A stretch of DNA of 57,737 nucleotides, filler included, from Dugesia japonica (taxonomy: Eukaryota), in assembly GCA_001938525.1 (NCBI GenBank). It is 5 parts of 5 records of this genome, joined end to end, with 100 filler letters (N's around TTAATTAATTAA, not from the genome) between each part and the next. Parts side by side here need not be neighbours in the genome. Positions count along the whole stretch, not along the records: positions 9,901 to 22,738 come from MQRL01592802.1; positions 22,839 to 32,565 come from MQRL01345389.1; 3 more parts are not named here. One strand, 5' to 3'. This document shows, in pieces, positions 9,857 through 22,920 of this stretch. The translations under genes were made by a program, and so were the position numbers. Positions within the stretch are counted from its first letter, which is position 1. Each line of letters starts with the position of its first letter. The notes below the pieces were generated by a model, which was not told the DNA's origin, ran no database searches, and saw only the letters and a list, made by a program, of their open reading frames with translations.

Positions 9857-12697
9857 NNNNNNNNNNNNNNNNNNNNNNNNNNNNNNNNNNNNNNNNNNNN
9901 TATAATCTTGATCCAAATATTTATTTTTGATTTAGACATTTTGTGGATAATTTTAACTTTGGCTGAACATTTTAATTGAACATATATAATGTTAATTAAT
10001 TTGAGTTTATATTGATTAGTTTGATTTTGTAAATAGACAGGTGAAATTTTATGTAAAATTTTATTGAATTTTATAATTTGAGTTTATATTGATTAGTTTG
10101 AGTTTGTAAATATACAGGTGAAATTTTATGTGGGATTTTATTTTAGACAAGTGAAATCTAATATATGTTGGAATTTTTATGGAATATTATTTAAAGATTT
10201 GTGAAATTATATGTTGGAATTTGTATGGAATTTTATTTTAAAGAAACAGGTGAAATTTTAGTTTATTTTTAATAGTATGTAAAAAGAAAAAATAAAATCA
10301 ATATGTAAAACCTTTTTAAAAATTTTGATTTTACTTTTAAGCACTTTAGAAAATTTCAAGATATTTTAATGAAATTTTTGTAATGTTTAATGATACTTAA
10401 AATTGAGTATATTGTGTTATGTTACGTTTAAATTAGTATAAATACAGATGATATTTTTAGTTGAAACAGTCATTTCATTTACAGACACTGACCTCTCAGG
10501 GAAGCTGTACTCTGGCAAATAAAATTGCTGCCTATAAGGTTTTTGAATAGNNNNNNNNNNNNNNNNNNNNNNNNNNNNNNNNNNNNNNNNNNNNNNNNNN
10601 NNNNNNNNNNNNNNNNNNNNNNNNNNNNNNNNNNNNNNNNNNNNNNNNNNNNNNNNNNNNNNNNNNNNNNNNNNNNNNNNNNNNNNNNNACACAGGGATA
10701 AAAATTAACACCCGTAAAATCACCAATCAGTCATTTATTATATCAGTAATAAATACAAAACATAAAATCTCTTTTGTTGAGTTAAATACCCAACACATAC
10801 TCCAAAAAAATTCATTTTCAGTTCTTGTTGATTTGACATAGAAAGGAGATGAAGTATCAATTGTATGGTAATGGTAAAGTGTGAGATGGAAACGAAATAT
10901 ATATGGCTCACAGTGCAGAACTTCCAGCTACATTGGGGATGATGAGTGATTTGGGTATCTCTTCCGGTAATTTATTTATAAGTAAAATAAAATCAACCTG
11001 CACCATTGTATCAATCATCGAATAATATGAATTAAACTAACGGTAGTAATTGAATATTAATGTGCTTTAATTAACTGTTATGATTATCCTTTTATTTCGA
11101 AGATGTCGCATAGGATTATGAAGACCGACGCATGTAAATCACTTAAAGAGAATAACTGGAAAATCAGTAGTGAGCCGGCAAACAATATACCAGTTCTCAG
11201 GGACTCCATAGGGCTAGAAGGTATGGATATCGAGCCCTGGTAAATCGTGCAAGATCAATTAAAATGGAAAAATGACCAAATTTGAATGATGGAAGAAAAT
11301 ATAGCACACTGGGAGCGACAACACTAGGAGAAACTGCAAAGAGTGGATCATCTGGAAGATCGCGCCTTGGAGTAGGAACAAAGGTACGAGTAACGACTAG
11401 CTCAAATAATTATGCATCAAAGAGAACGAGAAAAGGAACTAGTTACCTTGCTGATTGACACACCGAAATAATTAACCAGCAAAGCTGCTCATCAATACCA
11501 TGTAGGCCACACAACAGGAGGTGAAGGAGTTCGCCAAGCCAACCGAACGACTCTCCCAAAGAATCGAATCCGCTCTAAAGGAGATTCTGTTACCGCTTAA
11601 CGATAATGTACCTGAAAAAAAANNNNNNNNNNNNNNNNNNNNNNNNNNNNNNNNNNNNNNNNNNNNNNNNNNNNNNNNNNNNNNNNNNNNNNNNNNNNNN
11701 NNNNNNNNNNNNNNNNNNNNNNNNNNNTAAACAAACATATTAGATTTAATCAACTGCAATATTAACAAAAATTTAAATTAAGTTTAAAACTTAAAATCAT
11801 CCAATGCCAACAAATCACTTGCGGAATTAAAGAAAAAGTGGTTCGTAATTAATAAAAAATTGCAGGATGAAATCTCAGAGTTACAGCAAAAGAATATGTG
11901 GTTACGCAGGAAGAATACCAAAATAAAGCAACGTGATCTAGCCTCATCAAAACCGGTAGTAACATAACGGAAATTATTAAGTTATACGCTGATCGGGAAA
12001 GCATGTTAATATCCACTGTCAGGACGTTGAAAAATGAAATATTAAATAAGGACAATAATAATCAAATAATAATAATTAAAATAATAATAATTNNNNNNNN
12101 NNNNNNNNGGAGGAATAAAACGGAAGAGGATGCTCAAGACATTGTGGATCTAGATAAGTGATGTAAATATGTCATATTAATAAAATTTTCATGCACATCT
12201 TCTGAACGGACTTTAAATGAAAAATCAATATACTGCAGATAGTTAGAAACATGAGTGGTTCAATAAAATTAAATGACATAAATGCTACAAATTTTAAACA
12301 GCAATACATATCCATATAGTCATTTACGGCGACCAAATAAGGAAACTTGCTGATTTCTAAATAGAACTAAAAAATCCAAATGAGTCAGTGGATGTATTGA
12401 CTATAATCAAAGATATACCTGAAATCTCGTCAAACAAGGTATTAAGTTTGTTTTGGTTAGTTGAACAGTTTTAAGCGTTTTTAGATACCCTTTCATTTTA
12501 TTGGTGGATTTTTTCATTTATTACTTCCAAATATTTCAAAAAATGGATTTTATTGATCTAGATATGGTTGGATTTTTTTTTAATCATTCTGACTTTCTGA
12601 TAAAATATGATAATCATTTTAAATTATTTTATTATTCATTTTATTTAATATAAAAGCTTTGAACAAAATTTTGGTTTTGTTTATTAATATTGGATAA

Positions 12698-12734
12698 CAA
12701 TTTGATATTTCGACCTTGTCTTCGTCAGCAATTG
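12698..12734 (-). ncRNA. Minimal type I hammerhead ribozyme motif (Penelope-like pLTR)
   Basis: Minus strand caattg CTGACGA A GAC aag GTC GAAA TAT C aaattg; core intact, stem I with one mismatch. Confidence 0.65.
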
Positions 12735-12745
12735 ACTTAAAAAGT

Positions 12746-12782
12746 CCATTCCTGAAGAAGACATGGTCGAAATATCAAGTTA
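12746..12782 (+). ncRNA. Minimal hammerhead ribozyme motif, stem I degenerate
   Basis: ccattc CTGAAGA A GAC atg GTC GAAA TAT C aagtta. Confidence 0.5.
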
Positions 12783-13153
12783 TAAATAGCAAGTTATAAA
12801 TATCAAGTTATATCAGTTATAAATTGATATATAAGCTTTGTTTAAATATTGTCAGTTTTGTAATTATTATTTGAATTTTAATAAATAAACATTTATTGAA
12901 GAATCTTGTGTTCTAACTATAATAATAATAATTTAACTAATATGTTTAATTCAGACATTGCCTAATAGATTATTCTGGAATATTTGTACAAATTCTGACA
13001 AATAAAATAAATAAATGTCTTAAAATCCTTTTCAACAATAAATAGAATCCATAATAATTTTTTTATAATAAAATTTTCCTGGCAATTTTCTTGTTTAATA
13101 AAATGAAAATAGTATTAATAAAGCTATTTAAATATTTTACTCTTGTTTCCTTT

Positions 13154-16100
13154 TCATAAGCTACTTTTATTTGCATTTGACAAATTATCTATAGTTGATC
13201 CAAAATCAATCACCGACGCAGTTGTAATTGAACATAAACCTTTGCTGTCTATCGTTTTCAAATCAAAGTCTTGAGTAAAATAATTTCTAGTCAAGGTCTC
13301 TTCACACGCGGACCAATCATCGATAATTTCCATGTCATAACAATTGACTCTGGGTCTATGAAAACAAGATGCTTCTTTATTTATATCAGGGCTAGTATTT
13401 TTGTTTTCATAAACAATTTCTCCGCAGTTTTCTTTTGAATCATTTGTGAAATTCAACATTTCTTTTTCAGAATAGTCAATTTGAAAAACATCACTTATTA
13501 TTGGAGATCGAAAACTGACTGATTTAATCAATGCATTATTATTACATTTTGGAGAAATTATNAGTAGAGATTGATTATTAATCGGAACATCTTTAAACAG
13601 TTCCATTATACGCTCTGTAGATTCTAGAAATTCTTCTGCTAAATTATCACTGAATTGAGTGAATCTATTGTGATTACAATATATTTGTTCTTCATTGACA
13701 GTTTGAAAATATAAACTATAATTTTTAAAATTTTCTTCTTCGAAAATTAAGTTGGAATTTTCTACTTCAATATCCTTTAAGAAGTCAACAGATTCATAAA
13801 TGTTATTCGTTTCATTTGTACTTTCTTTAACAAATAAATGATTTTTTATTGTGATTTCATTTTTGTTTAAATATAATTCACTTTCTTTCTTATCTACTTC
13901 TACGCCTGGATCATTTGATTTTAAATTAACATATTCTCCATTAAAATCATCAATAAAATCAGTAGAATTTGGAAATTGTAATTCCATATTTTTTGAATAA
14001 AAAACGTTTGTATTACTAGAATTATTTATAAGATCGATTTCAGTCTGGCATTCTTTGGATGTTAATGAAATAACTGAAGTGGATGGATGAATCATTTTAT
14101 TAGGAATATTAGTTTTAGAACTAGTGAGTAATGTTGCACAATCAATAACAGGTAAATCATTTGACCAAGTTTGAATGAATTCATCCTTTTTCACATTATT
14201 GTTTTTTCTATCATCATATTTTTTAGAAGAATAGATTTTCTTGTCTGATAATAATTTGATTACATTTGAATCCATTAAATCGGATTTTTTAGTGAATGAT
14301 TTCGTTTTTCTACAAGAATTTTTCATTTGGTTTAATTTCCATTTTTTGAAATTGCTATTTTTTCTCAATGGTATTCTTTGATGATTTAATAATTCAAATT
14401 TATCAATTGTTTTGATTTCGGATTTTTCTTTGAATTTATCTCGATTGATTTCTGAATGAAATTGGAAATGATTTTTTCTATTTACATTATCTAAATAAAT
14501 ATTTTTTATTGAACCTTGTAAATCAATTTTATCATTAAAACGATTCTGATTGATTTCCAAATAATTAAAATGATTCTGTGATAATTCTTTCATTTCTATT
14601 TCATGTAAAATCGATTTCGTTAGTAATGCAGTTGTGTTTGATTGGTTTTCATTTAATGAAATTTCAGAATTGGATTTCATTGATCCGAATGTTGTAATAT
14701 TTTTAATTACACATTTTGGTTTCGATTTTGAAATGTTTGATTGTATTTTTGAATTGTAAACTATATTTTCATTAATAGATTTTTTGGAGATTGAAAATTT
14801 TGGTTTTGGAGCACGAAAATAATTATACATTTGATATTGTTTTAATTGATANNNNNNNNNNNNNNNNNNNNNNNNNNNNNNNNNNNNNNNNNNNNNNNNN
14901 NNNNNNNNNNNNNNNNNNNNNNNNNNNNNNNNNNNNNNNNNNNNNNNNNNNNNNNNNNNNNNNNNNNNNNNNNNNNNNNNNNNNNNNNNNNNNNNNAAAG
15001 GTCGTTTGAAATGATTTAAACAATATTTATCAATTATATTATTTGGATTCATTTTGTATTTGTTTATTAAATGACTATATTGATTATTTTGTTCTTGAAT
15101 TTTATTATCGTTTAAATTAAATGACTGTGTTGTAACAGCTTCTTTATTGCTTGTATTTTCAACACGAGATTCTAAAGATTTATTTAAACCCCGATTAATA
15201 ACATCGAATTTTCTTTTTGTTTCAAGATTATTAAAAAAATTATGAATAAATACACTTGGAAATTTTTTAGCAGTAAATTTTTCTGTTGAAAATTCATTTA
15301 ATCGATTTTCTATTTCTTCATTTTTAGATGAAATTCCGTCCCATATTTGATTTTCCAATTTACTTTTATTATTATTAATAAACGGAATATTTACAATATT
15401 GAAATGTTCTTTGATTTCTGATGATGAATCGACAGTAAAATGCTGAGGCAATTCTGGAATATAAAACGATTTTGAATCTAAAGAAAAGTCTTTTGAAAAC
15501 GAATTTCGCTGATATTTATTCAATTGTAAATTAAATTGAACCTTTTTATTTGTTAAAATTAATTTTTCATTTAAATTTTGAGAAAATTTCATTATTTCAT
15601 TTTCAGGGTGATATTCTTTAAGAATATTTATTAATTCTATTGGGATATTATTTAATGGCATTTTGTTATCATCTGTATCGAAAAATTTAATTTCATTTTT
15701 CAATATTGAAAAATCAATATATTGACCATTAGTGGTTAATTTCAAATATTTCGTCCAACGAGAAATATCCGCACGCATACCTTCAATAAGAAAATCGATT
15801 AAACCATTTTCATGATTAATCAAAAACGATTTCAACCGATCTAATCTGAAATTATTAAAATCTTGAATTGCCATCTGGAAATTCGAAAATCCCTTTATTA
15901 GATTTATATAATAATCTGGAAAGAAAAATATTAATTCATATTTACTAAACTGCTTATAAAATGAATATTTTCTGTAAAGCTCCAAATCTCCGTATGTAAA
16001 TCCGAAAATCATTTCAAAAATGACCATAGAACAACTGAAATAATCGACATGAAAATCTAGATTTTTGAGATTATTACCATGTTTTGGTAAGGTTTTTTCA

Positions 16101-17038
16101 TTTAAATTTTGAGCTCTAATATGTGGTTCAATATAGTAATAATTACCACAATATCGCATTCGTTTTACTGGGTCTTTCATTGATAAATAATTTTCCCCAA
16201 ATCCGAATTCAACAAAAGCTCTTGAACAATATTGAAGTAAATGAAATTGTTTTACATAACCTAAATCTGTAATTTTCAAAATTCCATTTGTAGTTATTAT
16301 GATATTAGACGGATTCAAATATTTATGAATTATACCTTTTTCATGAAAGTAAGAAACACCTGATAATAACTGAAGAAAAAGATTTCTAACAATATTCATG
16401 AAATCCGGAAAATTTTCTTTGCTTTTATCTAATGTACTATTGCATGTGTATAATAAATGAACAAAATCGTGTTCATCATCAACTTTAGATTTGAGAATTT
16501 TTCTATGCAATAAATAATTAACCAGTTCTAAGCTAACAGACGGATTACTTTCAAATACATACCAGATAGACTGAAATCCATTCTTTTCTATAACAATTTC
16601 TTCAATTAATTTTATTATATGATCTGAATTTAATATCAAAAGTTGTTCAGTTTCTTTCTTTATTGATTTCGTAAGATGATTTGAAAACGAATTAATAATA
16701 TGTTTTAAGATTACATTTTCATTGGTTTGTTTCGATTTTGATAAATAGCAACAGCCGAAATTCTTAGATAATGTTTTACATATATTATTATATTTAATTA
16801 TCGGTTCATTGACATTTGGAAAAATATGCCATGGATAACGTATTTTATTTTCTTTAATAAATAATCTAAAACTTTGGATATGTCCATAAAAATTTTCTTC
16901 ATGTAAAGAAAAATGAATTCTATAATACTTCAGAAATTTATCATTATGACTTGAATTTTTAAATAGAAAATTACTATATCCGGAATTAGGGTTAGTAGAA
17001 GAATTTTTAGAATAATCACAACTAAATTGAATAACCAT
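13154..17038 (-). CDS. Intronless protein-kinase-fold protein (CMGC/CDK-like), probable pseudokinase, with long Asn/Lys/Ser-rich tail
   Basis: 1294-aa ORF with one N gap; QLLSGVSYFHEKGIIHKYLNPSNIIITTNGILKITDLG (subdomains VIa-VII), YYIEPH (VIII), VDYFSCSMVIFEMIFG (IX). Confidence 0.8.
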   Translation of the reverse strand: MVIQFSCDYSKNSSTNPNSGYSNFLFKNSSHNDKFLKYYRIHFSLHEENFYGHIQSFRLFIKENKIRYPWHIFPNVNEPIIKYNNICKTLSKNFGCCYLSKSKQTNENVILKHIINSFSNHLTKSIKKETEQLLILNSDHIIKLIEEIVIEKNGFQSIWYVFESNPSVSLELVNYLLHRKILKSKVDDEHDFVHLLYTCNSTLDKSKENFPDFMNIVRNLFLQLLSGVSYFHEKGIIHKYLNPSNIIITTNGILKITDLGYVKQFHLLQYCSRAFVEFGFGENYLSMKDPVKRMRYCGNYYYIEPHIRAQNLNEKTLPKHGNNLKNLDFHVDYFSCSMVIFEMIFGFTYGDLELYRKYSFYKQFSKYELIFFFPDYYINLIKGFSNFQMAIQDFNNFRLDRLKSFLINHENGLIDFLIEGMRADISRWTKYLKLTTNGQYIDFSILKNEIKFFDTDDNKMPLNNIPIELINILKEYHPENEIMKFSQNLNEKLILTNKKVQFNLQLNKYQRNSFSKDFSLDSKSFYIPELPQHFTVDSSSEIKEHFNIVNIPFINNNKSKLENQIWDGISSKNEEIENRLNEFSTEKFTAKKFPSVFIHNFFNNLETKRKFDVINRGLNKSLESRVENTSNKEAVTTQSFNLNDNKIQEQNNQYSHLINKYKMNPNNIIDKYCLNHFKRPXXXXXXXXXXXXXXXXXXXXXXXXXXXXXXXXXXXXXXXXXXXXXXXXXYQLKQYQMYNYFRAPKPKFSISKKSINENIVYNSKIQSNISKSKPKCVIKNITTFGSMKSNSEISLNENQSNTTALLTKSILHEIEMKELSQNHFNYLEINQNRFNDKIDLQGSIKNIYLDNVNRKNHFQFHSEINRDKFKEKSEIKTIDKFELLNHQRIPLRKNSNFKKWKLNQMKNSCRKTKSFTKKSDLMDSNVIKLLSDKKIYSSKKYDDRKNNNVKKDEFIQTWSNDLPVIDCATLLTSSKTNIPNKMIHPSTSVISLTSKECQTEIDLINNSSNTNVFYSKNMELQFPNSTDFIDDFNGEYVNLKSNDPGVEVDKKESELYLNKNEITIKNHLFVKESTNETNNIYESVDFLKDIEVENSNLIFEEENFKNYSLYFQTVNEEQIYCNHNRFTQFSDNLAEEFLESTERIMELFKDVPINNQSLXIISPKCNNNALIKSVSFRSPIISDVFQIDYSEKEMLNFTNDSKENCGEIVYENKNTSPDINKEASCFHRPRVNCYDMEIIDDWSACEETLTRNYFTQDFDLKTIDSKGLCSITTASVIDFGSTIDNLSNANKSSL

Positions 17039-20000
17039 GATGAAATTATGTGGAAAACTTTAGAGAAAAATCTATCACTAGAATCGTTGTAAGCATCAAT
17101 AATAATTATTTAATTTTAATATATCACAAAATTTAGTATTAAAATAATTTTCATTAATTATTTAATAATAAATCAATATTATTAAGTAAATATTTATTAA
17201 TGTTCAATTCAAATTATAAATGATTTAACACATGAAAATTCAGAATTGTATTTGGAGATGTGTTACCTTAAAGTTTTGAAACAATAAAGCTAAATATATT
17301 TTCTAAAAGTAGTATTATTAGTATTTGTTTTTTACTAATAGTTTTTGTGGGGAGATTCAGACAAAATATTTACAAAATATTAACTCATTCATGTACTTAT
17401 TTATAAGCACAACGTATTATAAAAGTAAAATCCAAACTTTTGAAAGCACTACATATTTCCAAATCCGATATATTCTGATCTAACTAAAGCGGGCTCAACT
17501 TGTTGTTGAATTGCGTTGTTCAATGTTGTCTTTAAAGCTTTCGATGCATTCAATAATGATGTTGCAGTCAAGTTTATTTTTTATCAAGTTAATTTTAGAA
17601 ATTTTCAGCTTCATATTTTATAAAGTAATCGAAAAATTTTCTTCAATCATTTGCTCAACATAATTTAATATCTCAACAGCAAATTTGATGGTCCCTTTTC
17701 TCAACTATTTAGTCGTACAATCTTACACCCATTCTTTTTATAACGTCTAATTATAGAAGTGGTGTTTTATTATTTCTTGCAATTTTTGTTGATTCTGCAA
17801 TTTATTTATCTTCTTGATATAATTTTTATGAAAATCTCTGAACTAGTTATACAAAACTTTCCATTTGGTTTTTGAAGATTAACAGGTAAGTTATCTGTAT
17901 CTTCTAACCTGACATAATCTGAATCTTCTGTGATTTGCATTACTTGCCGATATTTGTTATTATTTTTAAATACTTCATTCTTCGGAGGACGTATTGATAT
18001 TAATTTTTATAAAGGGTATTAAAAGATTTTAAATTAACATATAATTTGCTATCCGATTACAACAATTGCTAAAATTTAAACAAGTTTAAGTTAATTCCAA
18101 GCAAAAGAAACATATTTGAAACTTAATAATGCAGTTCTGTCGGCTTTAGTTTGATCTCAGATTTTGACGTATGTAGTAGTGCTTTCAAAAATACGGATTT
18201 ATTACTTTTATAATATGGCAAAAATAATTTGCCAAAATCGCAAGAATTGTTAAGATCACATACGCACTGATATAAATATTTAGAAACAAATACATATACA
18301 AATACCACACACAAACAAATAATTGATACTCAACTCAACAACAGATCAATAAATCTTCAACATACGATGCAACAACCACCAATCAATTCACAACAATCAA
18401 AAAACAAAATCAACAACTCAAAGTGTGATATAAACTCAACATACGATGCAATATCCGATAATATTTCATCACGTGTATTGATTTTCAGACTTTGTTATTT
18501 ATTAAATCAGTAACCTCAATTCACANGCACTTTTATCATTGATAAAATATATCTGAATTTTTTTTGTTTAATTTGAACCAGTCAGTTTTAAGTGTATATA
18601 TTTTATCAACAAACTTTATTGGGAATTTTAAATATTGGAAAATTTTATTTTATCCGGAATTAGTTGTTTATATTTTATTCAATTTTATTATTTATCTGAA
18701 AAATAACTGCAAATATTTTATTTTTTTATATAAATAACTATTTGTTATGTAAAAAATTGAGTACGATTATTTTATGTTTATGTAATTGTAACAAAAAATT
18801 GTCTTCTGGTCTCTAACCTTTANGGACAACAGTTCCAGTTTGATTTAAAATTTTGCACTATAAGGTATAAGACTACTCTGTATTGTTAATACATCAAAAA
18901 TATTATTTTTAAATGTATTTTTTGTTTATTTAAATAAGAACTTTACACATATATTACAATATTTAAAGCTTTTTTAAACGATATTACATTTATATATTAC
19001 ATCATTAACACATAAACAAAGATCAAATAAATTAACACCCATAAAATAATTATCAAAGTTATCAATTTTAGTTTTAAAATATCGAAACATAATATCTTTT
19101 TGTTGAGTAGAAATACCCAACATAATTATGGCATTCCAATTAAATCTNACATAAGCGGACTCGACTGTATTATATTTAATATAATAAAATTTAATTTGAA
19201 AATAAAGAAGTTTCAGTTGAAGTTAAAAACCGATATTTAGTTCAAATAGGTCCTTACTTTTAAATAAGTTAATTCTGAGTTATTATATCAGTGATATCAT
19301 TTAGTTTGATTATTATTAGGAAGATCAACTGGAAGTACCCAAAGAAATGTTTAATGAGGCTAGACAGTTAAGAAAATATCGAAAGTGAAATCTATTACGG
19401 TCGAAGAAATGTCAGAATCTCAGATCTAATCATTGCTTGCACAAATGTATAATTAAACATTTCGTGTCATTTTAATCCATATAGCTCGTTTTACGAATGA
19501 GTTTCAGTTTGTAATGGAGTATCATAATATGATTGGGAGTTCATTGATATGTTTCCATCTGCTATTGAGTTGTTCGACAATGTGATTGAATAGTAGCCGA
19601 GTTTCCTTAGTAGAATTGTTTATTAAAGCTGAGTGAGATTTAACACCTCAATCTTAAACCGTGATGAAAGTTGTGATTAATGGTTCTTTAGTATACACTT
19701 TATGCCTATATACACAATTACCCTTATAATCTTTTATATTGTAGTGCTTAACAAAGAAGATACAATGCCGCCCGGGTTCTAAACGAGCAGCAACACAAAT
19801 AGAAAAGCACCAGCATTAAGTTGAACGATAAACCCATTTTAAAACTTAAAGAGCGGAACAAGGATTTTCAAGAGCAGGATCTTGTCCTGCAGAATGCTAG
19901 CTGACTTAGTAAAAGTTACGCAAATTGTGGTGGCCATGAGGACGAAAATACAAACCAGGTTGGCTGCATACAAGTCAGTTTACGATGACAAAGATAGAGG

Positions 20001-20622
20001 GAGCCAAAACGAGACGTTTTTAGCGGCGAGGCAAAGTAATGATAATGCCAATAAATATCGTATATTCTATGTTATTATTACAAATTAAGTGGGAAACGAG
20101 TTCCAATATTGAATTCAAAATTCTCTGCATCAAATTTGATCATCAAAAACAGGTTACACGAAGAACCACTGGACTCGGAAAAGAAGGAATAAAGCATACA
20201 AAATGCTTCAAGTCTCGTGGTTTCCGGGTATAGCTCTAGACAAAAGGATAAATGAAAGTAGAAAAATATCAAGCATGAACTCCATATTTTTTGTACCCCT
20301 TCATACATACACACAAATTAGTTTCTCTACCCCAACCTTGTTTGAGAAATTAANTTTTAGGCGACGTCAAAAGGCATTTGTTTCACTATTTTTAGTTTTA
20401 ATTTATCATGTTTGCACGCGTTGAAATTTAAAAAAGAAATACGATAGAACATTCAAAGTTTATTTATTTGAACACTGCATTAAAATAATTGAATAAATAA
20501 TTTTTATTATAAGATTAGTTAGATTTAGTTTTAGATGGGGAATTGAATTGGATAAATTAAATACAACAACAATATCCAATTATCATTTTATTCATATAAT
20601 TCCAAAATAATCTAGTATAAAT

Positions 20623-20904
20623 TTAATATTTTGAAACAATATTAATTGCTTCTTTCATTTCTATGTCATCTATTTTCCTCTCATATTCACCAATATGAGC
20701 CGTTTCGTATTTAAAATGATTTGTTTCTAAATAATTTCTTTATTACATTCATAATGAGCTTAACAATTTTTACTCATTAAAATACCAAATTCATCTTCAG
20801 AAACACTAAATGGTGGACCACCGAAAATATTTTGGTCATATTGTAAAGTTTCGAAGAATATATGACCCTGTTCATTGAGGCAATTATAGAGCAACTTTAT
20901 GTAA
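20623..20904 (-). CDS. TPMT: Thiopurine S-methyltransferase-like gene, last two exons (20904-20774, 20726-20623)
   Basis: Spliced translation YIKLLYNCLNEQGHIFFETLQYDQNIFGGPPFSVSEDEFGILM/KTNHF...VSKY*; GPPFSV motif; 47-bp GT-AG intron. Not in the ORF track. Confidence 0.75.
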
Positions 20905-21382
20905 CTAATAAATTAAATTAACAAAAATTAAAATAATACACACATACAGTTTTTCCAAATCAAATTAACCTAGACTATTTATACTTTTTGTTGACGATTA
21001 ATTCAAACTACAAGAATTAATACGAATTGAAGTGCAAAAAATGAGTTTTCAGTTGAGTCAAATTCAAGTACGTGGCAAATGAATTCAAATTGGCGTATAC
21101 AGATAAGTAACATGTGTGTAAATCTGTAACAGTTAAAAAAAATTCATTCTAGAAATGTTTCGAAGATGGTGGAATAATTCATGAATCGTTTTAGATTGCT
21201 CGAATCAGGGAAAGTATTGCAAAATATATTAAAAAGCAGTACAAAAACAATGGTGTTCTGATAGAAAAAACACGAATGAAAAAAGATTGATAAAAATTCG
21301 TATCTCTGTTGGGCTAGAGCGGCTACAAAATAGGTTAAGAAGATGGGCAAATCTAAAGAGAAAAACAAAGCGGTCAAAAATT

Positions 21383-22158
21383 TAATTACAAAAATAACTC
21401 ACAATCAAATATTTTTTATGAAAATAACCTACTTGAAAAAATATATGACTTAAATTAAATTCAATATTGACATTGGCTTCAAAAGGATTATAATTTTAAG
21501 ACAAGAGATATACAACAGTAAGCCTGGTATTGTTGCTAAAAAGTTAGCAAAAAAAATTAAAGAGGTAGCTTCACGAGGCAAATTCTTAAATGTTGCATCT
21601 AAATCCATTNNNNNNNNNNNNNNNNNNNNNNNNNNNNNNNNNNNAACTATTTATAGAATAGTGGATTTTAATAAACTTAGTTGCAGTTGTGGAATGATAG
21701 CTGAATTGAAATATCCATGTGAACACACAATAATGATTAATGGATTTGATGAGAAAATTTTTATTAGCCCCAAAAGTGCTCCGACCTCATTAAAACTTTT
21801 ATATGCAAATACTTTTTGCTTTTGAAATCTAATGTTGTTAATGCTTATACAACTAATCGTGTTGGACGTCCTAAGAAATTCAAAAGGAAGAAATCTGTTG
21901 GAGAAGTCGCAGTATTTGCAGAAAACAAGGACATAATAAGAATAAGTGCCCGGAAAATAAGAAATAAAAATCAAAATTTATATTTTATGTATTTTATTTT
22001 AAAACTGTCATAACATATCTTTTATATTTTTATTGTCTTAAAATTATAATCTTTTTGAAGCCAATGTCAATATTGAGTTTAATTTAAGTCATATATTTTT
22101 TCAAGTAGGTTATTTTCATAAAAAAAATTTGATTGTGGGTTATTTTTGTAATTAACCC
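21383..22158 (+). mobile_element. Non-autonomous Mutator-like (MULE) element with ~130-bp TIRs
   Basis: 21383-21510 is the inverted repeat of 22024-22155; interior encodes SWIM finger CSCGMIAELKYPCEH and GRPKKFKRKKS typical of MULE transposase C-termini. Confidence 0.75.
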
Positions 22159-22782
22159 AAAAAATAATGCAATAAACAGAAAATTTAACGAAACGATATA
22201 AATAATTAAACGTAAATGATTAAATAATAAATAAATAAGCAAAATAAGCAAAGATGGAGACGCGAAGTAAATGAATTAGTAACAATAAATCGAGATAAAC
22301 AAAATTAATAAAGGAAAAATCGAGAGAGAAAAGAAAATTGTTCGGTAAAATAAATACAATAAGAAAATGTCAATAGAAGAAAAGTAATAAGAATAAATTA
22401 AAATGAATAAAAATGAAAAAGAATCATATATAAACAAATAATACTTAAAGAATTGAAAAGGATTATCAAAAAACAAGAATAATTAGCATGCATAAATAAA
22501 TAATAAGAGAAAAACGAAAGTGGGTGCATATTATATTATTATTTATAAGATATAAATGTTATAAAAGTATCCTTGTAATTAAGAAATTTAAAATGAAATA
22601 ATGATAGAATTGAAATGAATATTATAATATAATAAAATAAAGATCTGATATATATGTATATATATATTGTTAAGTAATAATAAGAGAGAGAGAGAGATAA
22701 GTAATGATATCAAATTATGTATTTCACAACAATGCTATNNNNNNNNNNNNNNNNNNNNNNNNNNNNNNNNNNNNNNNNNNNN

Positions 22783-22794
22783 TTAATTAATTAA
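22783..22794. other. Artificial scaffold linker TTAATTAATTAA
   Basis: As at 9845. Confidence 0.95.
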
Positions 22795-22838
22795 NNNNNN
22801 NNNNNNNNNNNNNNNNNNNNNNNNNNNNNNNNNNNNNN

Positions 22839-22872
<34 letters not shown>

Positions 22873-22879
22873 GTTATTA

Positions 22880-22914
<35 letters not shown>

Positions 22915-22920
22915 AATAAT
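22839..22920. repeat. (TTA)n microsatellite
   Basis: Read directly. Confidence 0.95.

Noticed and set aside
11100-12160. Purine-rich coiled-coil-like coding remnant
   Set aside because: Many stops and no diagnostic motif; cannot be assigned
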